From Bdellovibrionales bacterium (lineage in GTDB: Bacteria; Bdellovibrionota; Bdellovibrionia; Bdellovibrionales; UBA1609): a DNA stretch of 64,000 nucleotides. Position numbers and translations under genes: made by a program. Position 1 is the stretch's first letter. Each line of letters begins with the position of its first letter. Of this stretch, positions 18,170 to 27,636 are shown piece by piece. Location: positions 1,304,318-1,368,317 of the forward strand of contig OZ220488.1 in the NCBI GenBank assembly GCA_965116155.1. The letters run 5' to 3'. Below the pieces are notes generated by a model. The model worked only from the letters and a program-made list of their open reading frames with translations. It was not told the DNA's origin and did no database searches.

Positions 18170-19357
18170 CTACACCAAACTCTCCACCGCCAAGGCCACC
18201 GCCTCGCCTCCCCCAAGGCACAAGCTGCACACTCCACGCCCATTGGGTTTTTGGGTTTTTAAAATGTGCAACAAAGTCACCAAAAGCCGTGCTCCACTGG
18301 CTCCGATAGGATGCCCCAAAGCCACAGCCCCTCCGCGCATATTAACTTTTGCAGGATCGAGCTCTAGATCTTTAATTGCCGCCATGGCTACAGCACTAAA
18401 GGCCTCGTTTATTTCCCAAAAGTCCACATCTTTAGCTTGCCAACCCACAGCGTGGAGCAGTTTTTTCACCGCGCCGACCGGGGCCGTAGTAAACCACTTG
18501 GGCGCCTGAGCATGCGTTGCATAACCCACCACGCGCGCCAAAGGCTGACTGCCCCAGCTTTTGAGCCGCTCTTGAGTGGCCAGCACCACAGCCGCAGCGC
18601 CGTCGTTGATTTTAGAGGCGTTGGCAGCCGTGATGGTGCCGGCTTTATCAAACGCCGGCCTCAGGGCGGGCATTTTATCAAAGCGCGCCCTCTTGGGCTC
18701 TTCGTCCTCTTTAAGCTCTGCGGCTCTTTTAGGAGGCTCCACCAAAGCAAGCTCCTCATCAAATGCACCGCTATTTTGCGCCTTTTGCGCCCGCTCGTAA
18801 CTCGTACGCGCAAAAACGTCCTGTGCCTCACGCGTGAAGGCGTATTTTTGTACGCACAGCTCAGCCGCTTGGCCCATGTGCCAATTGTGGTAAGGATCCC
18901 ACAAGCCGTCTAACAACATGGAGTCCGGCGCCTCTACTGAGCCCATCTTGTAACCTGCTCGCGAGCGTGGCAATAGGTGCGGCGCAAGGCTCATGTTCTC
19001 TTGCCCGCCAGCAACAGCAGCCCCCTTGTACAGGCGCAAAAAATCACAGGCCATCATAACGGCCTTCAGCCCCGACCCGCAGACCTTATTAACCGTGGTG
19101 CATGCAGTGGTATCAGGCAAACCCGCTCCCAGGGCCGCCTGCCTCGCCGGTGCCTGTCCAACCCCCGCGCTCAACACTTGCCCCATAGTGCAGTCGTCTA
19201 TTGTTGCAGGGTCAGCTCCGGCGCTCTTTATAGCGGCTTTAATCGCAGCAGAACCTAGCTTTGTAGAGCTCACCTGAGATAACCCTCCGTTAAAGCTCCC
19301 TATAGGGGTGCGTTTTGCCCCAACGATAAACAGCGGAGTGTCAGGTGTGTTTGTCAT
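18170..19357 (-). CDS. Acetyl-CoA C-acetyltransferase (thiolase II)
   Basis: 395 aa. Active-site blocks VNKVCGSGLKAV, NEAFS, GGAVALGHPIGASGARL and CLGGGEAVAL. Confidence 0.9.
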   Translation of the reverse strand: MTNTPDTPLFIVGAKRTPIGSFNGGLSQVSSTKLGSAAIKAAIKSAGADPATIDDCTMGQVLSAGVGQAPARQAALGAGLPDTTACTTVNKVCGSGLKAVMMACDFLRLYKGAAVAGGQENMSLAPHLLPRSRAGYKMGSVEAPDSMLLDGLWDPYHNWHMGQAAELCVQKYAFTREAQDVFARTSYERAQKAQNSGAFDEELALVEPPKRAAELKEDEEPKRARFDKMPALRPAFDKAGTITAANASKINDGAAAVVLATQERLKSWGSQPLARVVGYATHAQAPKWFTTAPVGAVKKLLHAVGWQAKDVDFWEINEAFSAVAMAAIKDLELDPAKVNMRGGAVALGHPIGASGARLLVTLLHILKTQKPNGRGVCSLCLGGGEAVALAVESLV

Positions 19358-19463
19358 AGACAGGCCGAAACTTTACCCCTCCCTGAGCCACCATTCAAGC
19401 TATATCGCAGAGGGCCATAGAGTCCTTGAGCTGTCTAGCGCTCTAAGTTAATCTGTTGGGGCT

Positions 19464-20255
19464 ATGCCAAAAAAGAAAGCCTCCAAGCGCACAGCTGCAA
19501 AGCCAGCCCCCAAAAAAACAGCCAGCAAAACAGCCGGCAAGGCAGCTGCTAAAAAGGCTGCAAAACCTGTTCCCAAAAAAACAGCCAGCAGAACAGCTAA
19601 AAAGCCCACTAAAAAACCTAAAACTACGACATCCTCAAAGCCGGCATCCCCCAAGAAGACCTCCAAAAAGGTGGCCGCAAAAACAGTAAAAACCAAAACC
19701 CGCGCTGCAGCGCGTAAAAAGTCCTCCCCAGCTAAAAAGCGCAAAGCCTCAACTGCCAAGGCGTCAGCATCTAAGGCGCAGCATAAGAAAAAAATCGCCC
19801 TGCCTCCCGGGCTTAAGAAAAAGCTTATCGTCAAAAAGCGATCTCGCAAAAAGCTAAAAAAGCTTGCACCTAAGGCTCCGCCAAAGCCTGCCAAGCGGGC
19901 GAATATATTTTTTAGCCAAGAGATTCAAATGGAAGAGGAGGTTGTACTAACCGATGCCGATGGGCGCAGGTACTGCCGTGTGCCCGACTGCGACAGGTCG
20001 GCGGAGGTGGGAGAGTACTGTAGGTTTCATTATTTGTCTTTGTGGGACAGAATTCAGACCAAAAAACAAATCATCGAAGGCGGGCATTTGGATCAATACA
20101 TTGAAAAACTCACTCTCAACTATCCGCTAAAAAGCATGGTGTCCTTGTTAAAAGACCTACGCAGCACTAAGGAGTTTAACAGCTTGGTGCATGATATGGG
20201 AATTGTGCGGGCATCGGATGAACGGTCCGAGAGCATGGGGCGAGAGGATGAGTAA
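19464..20255 (+). CDS. Lysine/alanine/proline-rich histone-H1-like basic protein with Cys/His C-terminal domain
   Basis: 263 aa. The first ~150 aa are KK(T/A)A(S/K)K-type repeats. The C-terminal ~100 aa are globular with C-x5-C ... C-x2-H (YCRVPDCDRSAEVGEYCRFHY). Confidence 0.55.
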   Translation: MPKKKASKRTAAKPAPKKTASKTAGKAAAKKAAKPVPKKTASRTAKKPTKKPKTTTSSKPASPKKTSKKVAAKTVKTKTRAAARKKSSPAKKRKASTAKASASKAQHKKKIALPPGLKKKLIVKKRSRKKLKKLAPKAPPKPAKRANIFFSQEIQMEEEVVLTDADGRRYCRVPDCDRSAEVGEYCRFHYLSLWDRIQTKKQIIEGGHLDQYIEKLTLNYPLKSMVSLLKDLRSTKEFNSLVHDMGIVRASDERSESMGREDE

Positions 20256-21195
20256 GCCTGAAAACCTTGTTATTTTAGGTTCTGGCCCTGCGGGTTTGAC
20301 GGCGGCTATTTACGCGGCAAGAGCGAACCTTGCGCCCTTGTTGTATGAGGGCGAAGAGCCTGGGGGGCAGCTCACTACGACTACTGATGTAGAAAATTAC
20401 CCCGCCTTTCCGCAAGGAGTGCAGGGCCCTGAGATGATGCGGCTTATGCGGGAGCAGGCCGAGAGGTTTGAGACACGTTTTCGTACGGTTAATATTAGCA
20501 AGGTGGATTTAAGCCAAAGGCCTTTTCGGTTGTGGGAGGAGGGTGGCAAGGAGCCTGTGCAAACCAAGAGCCTTGTGATCTGCACGGGAGCTAGTGCCAA
20601 GTACTTAGGCTTGGCTAACGAAAAACGCCTGCTGGGGCGTGGGGTGTCGTCTTGTGCCACATGCGATGGTGCGTTTTTTAAAAACCAAAAAGTCTGCGTA
20701 GTGGGAGGTGGAGACACGGCCATGGAGGAGGCTTTGTTTTTAACGCGCTTTGCAAGTGAGGTGGTGCTAGTGCACCGTCGGGGGGAGTTTAGGGCCTCTA
20801 AAATTATGAGCGATCGTGTAAAGCAAAGCTCTAAAATTAAAATTCTATGGCACACACAGGTGGTGGATGTTTTGGGCGAAAAAGAGGTAGAAGCCGTGTG
20901 CGTTAAAAACTCTGACAAGAACGAAGACCACACCCTAAAGGTGCAGGGAGTGTTTATTGCTATTGGGCATTCGCCCAATACGGCAATTTTTAAAGATCAG
21001 CTCAAGGCGAATGCTCAGGGGTATTTAATAACGCAGCCTAAAAGTACGCACACTTCGGTCGAGGGTGTGTTTGCAGCGGGGGATGTACAGGATCCTACAT
21101 ACCGGCAGGCCATAACGGCTGCGGGCTCGGGCTGTATGGCGGCGATGGATGCCGAGCGTTGGCTTGAGTCGCACTCTTGTGCACCAGTTGGGTAA
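20248..21195 (+). CDS. trxB: Thioredoxin-disulfide reductase
   Basis: ORF 20191..21195. The ATG at 20248 gives MSKPENLVILGSGPAGLTAAIYAAR (FAD GxGxxG). Redox-active CATCDG. NADPH site VVGGGDTAMEEA. Confidence 0.9.
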   Translation: MSKPENLVILGSGPAGLTAAIYAARANLAPLLYEGEEPGGQLTTTTDVENYPAFPQGVQGPEMMRLMREQAERFETRFRTVNISKVDLSQRPFRLWEEGGKEPVQTKSLVICTGASAKYLGLANEKRLLGRGVSSCATCDGAFFKNQKVCVVGGGDTAMEEALFLTRFASEVVLVHRRGEFRASKIMSDRVKQSSKIKILWHTQVVDVLGEKEVEAVCVKNSDKNEDHTLKVQGVFIAIGHSPNTAIFKDQLKANAQGYLITQPKSTHTSVEGVFAAGDVQDPTYRQAITAAGSGCMAAMDAERWLESHSCAPVG

Positions 21196-21201
21196 GTAAG
21201 A

Positions 21202-23988
21202 GTGCTCAAGCTTGTCGAGTGTTCAAGCCACGCTGCACGTGAGGAGCTCTTTTTACATACTATTAACAGTGGTGGCGTTTGGTTGGTGCCTGACCTGGCG
21301 TCGAAGCTTTTGCTACAAGAGCGTGCGCTATCTAGCCGCACTTTGCTGCCGGATTGCAAGGTGCCCAGGGCCTCGGATTTTTGGCGCTATTTGTTGTTAC
21401 AAGTTATGCCAGGCGTGCATAGCTTAGAAAAACCCCTAATGCTTGCTTTGATAGAGTCATGGTTACGTGCGCGCCATGGCACTCTGGAACCCATTAGTGC
21501 GCGCCACGTGTTTGATTTTATGGGGGAGTTTTTGCCTTTGCTCGCGACGCCGCGCGCGGTTCGATTAGCAAGAGAGTGGCTTAGCGACCCCGCCCATGCC
21601 AAATCTTATGCTCGATGGGGCAGTCATTTTGAGCTATGTGTAGAGCTGTGGAAGTACTTGCAGAGCAAAAATTCTATCGCCTGCGATTGGGTTTCGTCTT
21701 TGCTGGTGCATGAGGCTATTGATTTGTCAAAAGTGCGTTTGGGGGGTGCAAGTTTATGTGTAGACATGGCATCTGAGCTGCACTCTGTAGAGGCAGAGGT
21801 TTTGTTAAAGTTATCGCAGCACCACGATATTAAGATAATCTGCCCATCTAGCGCCAAGCGCCACACTTTATGGGCGTATCAAAGCTTGCACGAGCATGCC
21901 TGTACGGAGCAAGTGGGTGCGCTGCCTGCAGCAAAGCAGATGGAAAAAGTAAAAATCAAAACCCTTAAGATGGGTAATTATTTGGCAGAATGCAAATACG
22001 CTATAGAGCGTGCGCAGTTTTTGGTGCAAACAAAAAATCTGCCTCTTAGCACAATAGGTTTTGCAGCGCCTCGCATAGGGGTGTATGCCCCTTGTTTGGT
22101 AGAGCATGCAAAGCTAGAGGGCTTGCGTTTAAATTGGGAGCATAAATCTAGTTGGCACGAAAACTACAACATTATGCGGTGGCTGGCTTGCTTGAGAGCT
22201 AGTATTAGAGCGGGAGACTACCATGATTTTGAAATGGCTTTTTTTGGAGGGCAGAAGGCTTTAGGAAGTGCTTTGGAGTTTAAAAAAATCTTTCGCAACA
22301 GGTGGGAGTTTCAGTCTGGTTTTAAAAACTTACCAAACTCACACTTCAAGACACTGCTTGCTAAAGGCGCCACACGTGACCCCATTAATGGGGAGCAATT
22401 TTTAAGTTGGGCGGTGAATTTTTTTGATGGTGACCCGCTCTTTTTAAAGCCCGTTCTAGAAGGGTTTTTAAACAATCTCAGTCACGGCTTAAAACTTTCG
22501 TCCGATATATGGCTGATGTATTTAGAAAACCTGTGCCTGATTAGTGATTTTAAAACGGAAACCCAACAAGACAAAGCGGGCATATTTTGCACTAATATAG
22601 CAAACCTTAAGTGGGCGCCTGCCTCTTTGCGCCATGTGTTTGTGTTGGGTTTGGTAGACTCCCAAATGCGTTCCTTGCAGGAGTCTGCCTTGGGAGTGCC
22701 TGATGTTTTAAAAATCCAGCAAGACTTGGGGTTTAGTTTAAATCCTAGGGTTAGTTCGATGCATGAGCACGAGCTGCTATATTTGTTAAAGCACTTGCCC
22801 TGCGATTGGGATTTGCTTTGTGCTCATCAGTCTTTTGTTGCTGAAGAAGAAACCCCCAACCGCGTGTGGCTAGAGGAATTTATAAAAAACGGTGGCCAAA
22901 AGCCTGACATACAAGACCCTCCTTTGTGTGCTTGGGATAAGCTGCAAGATTCCAATTGCGAAATACGATCTAAAGCACGGGGCCTCTCTATAAAAAGCGC
23001 AAAACGTTTGTACTTGTCTTTGCAGCAAGACTCTCAAGGTTGGCAGAGCGCAGGCTGGGGGCTTATGCCCTGGGGCTTAAGGCCGCGACTTAGTGCCTCG
23101 GCCTTAGAGAGTTTTCAAAAATGCCCGTATAAATTTTTGGCCTCTAAAATTTGGGGATTAAAAGATGAGCCTGCAGACGACTTGGGTCCAAGCTATTTGA
23201 GTGAGGGGAATTTTTTGCATGCCTTGCTAAGGCGACTTTTGGGAAAAACCTCCCTCACCAAGGGCGCAAGCTATAAAGACAAAGAGCAACTAATAGAGCA
23301 AAGCTTGTGCGCTGCCATTAAAGAATCCCCTCTGGGGTTTTTAGATGAGTCCTTGTGGCCGCATTACAAGGCGATTTATGCTCAATTTGCCAAAAATTTT
23401 TTGCAAGCAGAGTCTGATCTAAGAGCCACGGCTCCCCATATGAAGCCCTTGGCTTTTGAGCTAGAGCTTAGTGCTTTTATAGACCCGAGTGTTCAAGACC
23501 TGTGGTCAGAGGAGGGGTTTAAATTTAAAGCCCATATAGACCGTGTGGATTATGATGCAAAAAATGCTTCTTATAGGATTTTTGATTATAAACGCTCTTT
23601 AAGCAAGCACACTAATTGGGGCAGTTGGTTAAAATCGAGTGGCGAGAGCCAGTACCAGCTTTTGCTTTATCTGCTAGTGATGGAGCAAGCCTTACCCAAG
23701 CATTTGCCGCACGGCTGCGTTAAAGAGACACTCTACTATGGCTTAAAAGATTTTAACTGCAACAAAGGCCTTCGTATTGCGGAACAAACAGCGGCACAAA
23801 CAAAAGCTACTAGAGGCGCCACGTGCAGTAAAGAGAATTTACACAAACTTAAGCAAAGTTTTTTTGAAACCCTTAGATCGCATATGCAAAATATTCTAAA
23901 AGGCGCCATGCACCCTAAGCCTTGCGACAAAAGCATTTGTAAACAGTGCGAATGGAGGGCCCAGTGCCGAGCCACGCACCTTATGTAA
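21202..23988 (+). CDS. addB: AddB-like PD-(D/E)XK nuclease subunit of helicase-nuclease complex (Fe-S staple cysteines)
   Basis: 928 aa. C-terminal nuclease motif (HIDRVDYD..YRIFDYKRS). One upstream Cys (FQKCPYKF) plus C-x4-C-x2-C-x5-C at the end (PCDKSICKQCEWRAQC), as in AddB Fe-S nuclease domains. Precedes a UvrD-type helicase. Confidence 0.65.
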   Translation: MLKLVECSSHAAREELFLHTINSGGVWLVPDLASKLLLQERALSSRTLLPDCKVPRASDFWRYLLLQVMPGVHSLEKPLMLALIESWLRARHGTLEPISARHVFDFMGEFLPLLATPRAVRLAREWLSDPAHAKSYARWGSHFELCVELWKYLQSKNSIACDWVSSLLVHEAIDLSKVRLGGASLCVDMASELHSVEAEVLLKLSQHHDIKIICPSSAKRHTLWAYQSLHEHACTEQVGALPAAKQMEKVKIKTLKMGNYLAECKYAIERAQFLVQTKNLPLSTIGFAAPRIGVYAPCLVEHAKLEGLRLNWEHKSSWHENYNIMRWLACLRASIRAGDYHDFEMAFFGGQKALGSALEFKKIFRNRWEFQSGFKNLPNSHFKTLLAKGATRDPINGEQFLSWAVNFFDGDPLFLKPVLEGFLNNLSHGLKLSSDIWLMYLENLCLISDFKTETQQDKAGIFCTNIANLKWAPASLRHVFVLGLVDSQMRSLQESALGVPDVLKIQQDLGFSLNPRVSSMHEHELLYLLKHLPCDWDLLCAHQSFVAEEETPNRVWLEEFIKNGGQKPDIQDPPLCAWDKLQDSNCEIRSKARGLSIKSAKRLYLSLQQDSQGWQSAGWGLMPWGLRPRLSASALESFQKCPYKFLASKIWGLKDEPADDLGPSYLSEGNFLHALLRRLLGKTSLTKGASYKDKEQLIEQSLCAAIKESPLGFLDESLWPHYKAIYAQFAKNFLQAESDLRATAPHMKPLAFELELSAFIDPSVQDLWSEEGFKFKAHIDRVDYDAKNASYRIFDYKRSLSKHTNWGSWLKSSGESQYQLLLYLLVMEQALPKHLPHGCVKETLYYGLKDFNCNKGLRIAEQTAAQTKATRGATCSKENLHKLKQSFFETLRSHMQNILKGAMHPKPCDKSICKQCEWRAQCRATHLM

Positions 23989-26900
23989 ACAGAAAAATCG
24001 TCTGGGCTGGAGCAGGAGCAGGCAAAACCACAGGCTTGGTTAAAGAGGTCTTAGATAGGGCTGAAGATTTTTACAAAAACTCAGACCCAGACCCCAAAAA
24101 AAAGCGCTGGCCTCGCGTGGTGCTGACAACCTTTACGCGCATGGCGACACAAGAGCTGCGTGAGCGGGTGTTGCTGGAGGCTTTGCGCAGGCCTTCTATC
24201 GATACACAAGATACAGGTTTAGTAGACTTTGCGAGCTCTTCGTATTATTTGCGCATTAGCACTATGCATGCGCTGCTTTCGCAGTTTATGTCGCAAAATG
24301 CTAAGGTGTTTAATTTAGATCCACAGTTTCGTGTGCTGCAAGAGTCCTCAGAGCTAGAGCGCCTTAAGAGGCGCGTGTTTCTAAAATTGATAAAGGCGCA
24401 CCCCGATGCTTCGCTTCTACTGGACGCCTATGATATTAAGACATGGCTAAAATTTTTGTCCGAGTATTATCGTAATAGTTTTTTGCACCCTGATGCTAAG
24501 CCTCAAAGCATGCGCAGCATGTTAGAGGGTTTTAGGGATTGGCAAATTAAGCGCGAGCGAGAGTTTAAAGATCTTTGTCACGAGCATAGTGCAGTGTTAC
24601 AAAACGACAGGTGGCTCAAGTGGAAAAGACCATTAGAGAGCTTTTGGGATTGGGGGGAGACGCTTTTAAAAAAAAGCACCACCCACAATTTTGAACCCTT
24701 GGCAAAAGAGTGTGCAGATGGTGCCAAGCAGGCATTTAAATCCTATGTGCCTAGTGGCAAGCTTAAGGTAAAAGAGATTAGCGAGTGGTCTAAAGATACT
24801 GGGGGAGAGTTTTTAAGTTTTTCTTTAGAAAACTTTTTAAAGCAAGAGCAGCACAATGCCTTGCTTAAAAGTATAGGCGACTCTTTTGTAAAAGAGTTTT
24901 ATAAAGAAAAAACCGCCCTGCAAATTTTAGAAACAGACGATTTAGAAAATTTTGTTTCATTTGCTAAAAACACAGGCGCTTTAGAGGCAAACAAATTAGA
25001 CCTAGGGGCAGATTATGTTTTTATAGACGAATACCAAGATACATCACCCGTACAGGTGAGTATTGTGGAGTCTTTGTTTCGATCTGGTAAAGGGATATAC
25101 TATGTAGGTGACCCGCAGCAGTCGATTTATTTGTTTCGCGGTGCGGATGCTAGTCTGTTTAAAAAAACTTACGACAAGATAAAATCTAACAAGGGTCAGG
25201 TTGAGCGAAAAAGCATAAATTACCGCTCCTCAGCTAGCGTGTTAGAGTTTGTGAATGATTTTTTTTCAAAGCTCAACCAAGATGTAAAAAACTCTAACTT
25301 CGTTCGTATGGAGCCACATAAGGAGCAGTTAGTTCCGGACGCTATGGCAGGGGTTAGGCTGTTTTGTGTGGAGCAGGCTGATGACACAAAGGGCTCCGAG
25401 CTCTCTTTGGCGCCTGTGGCGTCTTTAGTGCAGGATTTAATTAGTAAAGGGGTTAGGGAGCGCGATATTTGTGTTTTGGCTCGTCAAAATGATTCCTTAC
25501 TAAATGTTGCACAGGCTTTAAGGTCTTGTGGCCATGGGGTTCAGCTATACGCTGCAGGAAGCTTATTTCAAAAGCGTGAGGTGCAAGATGCACTGTTTGT
25601 TTTAAGGTTTTTGCTAAGCCCTTATGATAACACCAACCTTGTAGCGCTTTTAAGGACTCCTTATTTTAAGGTTTTAGACAAAACCTTGGGCGACTGGCTG
25701 TTTAACATTAAGGCCAAACACTTTTGGGATATTGTGCAACATAAAAACCACGAGCCCGTAGAGGCTTTGTGTAGGTATTTAGAACTTAAAAACGAGATGC
25801 CTTTTGCGGATTTGTTTTTAAAAATTTTATGCGACAGGGGTTTTTTAGATTTTTTAGATTTTGATCCCACGAGGAGAACAGAGTCTAATTTATGGAACCT
25901 CTATATGCGTGTGAGAGAGGTTTTTACAAGCGCATCGCCACAGCCTTTGGATCTATTTAATAAAATTGAAAGCGAGAACTCTTGCCAAGAGGGATTAGCT
26001 GCTAGAGGTACTGGATGCGTAAAGCTTATGACCGTGCATAAATCTAAGGGCTTAGAGTTTGAGCATGTGATTTTAGTAGATGCCCATAAAAAATCACGTG
26101 CTTCTATAAGGGGGTTTATGTTTTTAGATGAAGACACCTTGTTATGGAACGCTAAAATGCAAAAAGGCTGGCGCGAGTCAGGTGCCAATTTAGATAAAGT
26201 ATCAGGAAAAAATGCCGACACAAACAGCAGCTTTTTTATAAAGCAACAAAACGACAAACTAAAAGCCCGTGAAGAAGCCGAAAGCCAAAGGCTTTTGTAT
26301 GTGGCTATGACCCGTGCCAAAAAGAGCCTTAGCATTTTTTGGCAAAGAGCAAAATCAGCGCCCTCCCAAACGGCAGCAAAAAAAACCAGTGCCTCCTGGG
26401 CAGACTTATTAGAAGAGTTTTGCCCTGATAAAGTAGAGCGGGTTTTAGAGGAGAGGGGTGATGGTGGTCATGTTGCACATGCTAAAAGCAGCTCTGTGTC
26501 TGAGGAGGTGCGGGGTGATGCCTTGGAGAGTGAGAGCGATTGCAATAAAACGCGCTCCGCGCCCGCGGCTACAGCAGCTCATAATATACAAGGCTTTTTG
26601 GCAAGGTCCAACAGTCAGGCTGTGGGTGTGCAGGTGCATGCGGCTTTTGAAAGATTGCAGCATTGGAGCGCTAAAGAGTGCGCTGTGTGGCTAAGGGATT
26701 TAGCAGGCATAAGTGTGGCTAACCAGTGGCTTGGTTGTGTGGAGAGTTTGTTTAAGCGCAAGGATTTTCCGTACAGTAAGCTTTTAAAGCAAGGCTTTGC
26801 GGAGTGGGGATTTTTGCACAAAAAATACGGAGCCGGACGTATAGATTTATGGGGCGAGGTGGATGGGTGCTTGTGGGTGGTGGATTATAAAACGGGTCAC

Positions 26901-27065
26901 GCCTTACAAACACACGCACAAAAACACTTAGTAAAACACATAAACCAGCTTAAAACCTATGCCCTGGCTTTGCGTGGTTGTGGTGACCAGTATGTGGCCT
27001 CTCAAAAAACCCGACTCGCACTGGTTTATATGGAGGCCTCCAGGTTGCATACTGAAGAAATGTAA
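23946..27065 (+). CDS. addA: AddA/UvrD-family ATP-dependent helicase with C-terminal PD-(D/E)XK nuclease
   Basis: 1039 aa. Walker A (AGAGAGKTTGL), DEYQDT, YVGDPQQSIYLFRGA, NYRS, TVHKSKGLEF, YVAMTRAK. C-terminal GRIDLWGEVDG..WVVDYKTG. Start uncertain (GTG 23946, ATG 23952 or GTG 23967). Confidence 0.8.
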   Translation: MRMEGPVPSHAPYVNRKIVWAGAGAGKTTGLVKEVLDRAEDFYKNSDPDPKKKRWPRVVLTTFTRMATQELRERVLLEALRRPSIDTQDTGLVDFASSSYYLRISTMHALLSQFMSQNAKVFNLDPQFRVLQESSELERLKRRVFLKLIKAHPDASLLLDAYDIKTWLKFLSEYYRNSFLHPDAKPQSMRSMLEGFRDWQIKREREFKDLCHEHSAVLQNDRWLKWKRPLESFWDWGETLLKKSTTHNFEPLAKECADGAKQAFKSYVPSGKLKVKEISEWSKDTGGEFLSFSLENFLKQEQHNALLKSIGDSFVKEFYKEKTALQILETDDLENFVSFAKNTGALEANKLDLGADYVFIDEYQDTSPVQVSIVESLFRSGKGIYYVGDPQQSIYLFRGADASLFKKTYDKIKSNKGQVERKSINYRSSASVLEFVNDFFSKLNQDVKNSNFVRMEPHKEQLVPDAMAGVRLFCVEQADDTKGSELSLAPVASLVQDLISKGVRERDICVLARQNDSLLNVAQALRSCGHGVQLYAAGSLFQKREVQDALFVLRFLLSPYDNTNLVALLRTPYFKVLDKTLGDWLFNIKAKHFWDIVQHKNHEPVEALCRYLELKNEMPFADLFLKILCDRGFLDFLDFDPTRRTESNLWNLYMRVREVFTSASPQPLDLFNKIESENSCQEGLAARGTGCVKLMTVHKSKGLEFEHVILVDAHKKSRASIRGFMFLDEDTLLWNAKMQKGWRESGANLDKVSGKNADTNSSFFIKQQNDKLKAREEAESQRLLYVAMTRAKKSLSIFWQRAKSAPSQTAAKKTSASWADLLEEFCPDKVERVLEERGDGGHVAHAKSSSVSEEVRGDALESESDCNKTRSAPAATAAHNIQGFLARSNSQAVGVQVHAAFERLQHWSAKECAVWLRDLAGISVANQWLGCVESLFKRKDFPYSKLLKQGFAEWGFLHKKYGAGRIDLWGEVDGCLWVVDYKTGHALQTHAQKHLVKHINQLKTYALALRGCGDQYVASQKTRLALVYMEASRLHTEEM

Positions 27066-27206
27066 ACGCATTGGCTTGTAAAAAATCAAATCTTCCATAC
27101 GATTATCTTGCGGCCCCAAAGGCTTGATGTTTAATACTTGTTTCTGTCACAAGCAGAGGACCGGTGTTAAGAGACTGTGTAACTTGATAAAAAGAGAGGC
27201 CTAGCT

Positions 27207-27479
27207 ATGTTGCAGAAAAACCTTTTTGTTTTTTTAGTTGGGGCATGTGTTTTGGTGTTTGTGCCGAAGGTTGAGGCGCATCATCATATGTGGGACGGGG
27301 GCGCGCCGGTTTCTAGGTTTAGAGAAATGCAAAAAATCTCTAAAAGAGCTTTGCGTCGTCACAAAAAACAGCAAAAAAAGAGACAAAAACGCACCCACGC
27401 GAAGGAATTAAAAGAGGGCAATCCAGGCGGTGTGTCGGATGAGCTCTTGGAGCTCTACTGCAAGCGTTACAAGAATTGA
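27207..27479 (+). CDS. Small secreted highly basic protein, unknown function
   Basis: 90 aa with signal peptide (..VPKVEA-HHH) and a K/R/Q-rich centre. No family recognised. Confidence 0.35.
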   Translation: MLQKNLFVFLVGACVLVFVPKVEAHHHMWDGGAPVSRFREMQKISKRALRRHKKQQKKRQKRTHAKELKEGNPGGVSDELLELYCKRYKN

Positions 27480-27636
27480 TGTATATACAGAGAGGTTTTG
27501 TGCGCGGCATGAGGGGCTCGTGTCGAAAATAACGCGCTCTACTAAATAACGCGTAGCAATAACATCTGCTGCACGGCCCCTTAGGTGGCTTAATTCGCTT
27601 GCGAGGGTGCTTTTGGTGCTTGTAATCTCATAATGT

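Noticed and set aside
17455-18243. Longest-ORF starts for scoA (18243), LolC/E-like (45268), trxB (20191), IscA-like (46801), Flp (52756) and the secreted protein (37419)
   Set aside because: N-terminal extensions overlap neighbouring genes or lack homology-like sequence. Internal starts (18156, 45154, 20248, 46837, 52825, 37320) fit family N-termini, signal peptides or RBS.
19448-19894. 148-aa minus-strand ORF rich in F/L/A
   Set aside because: Mirror image of the lysine/alanine-rich repeats of the histone-like gene (AAA/AAG read as TTT/CTT). Not an independent gene.
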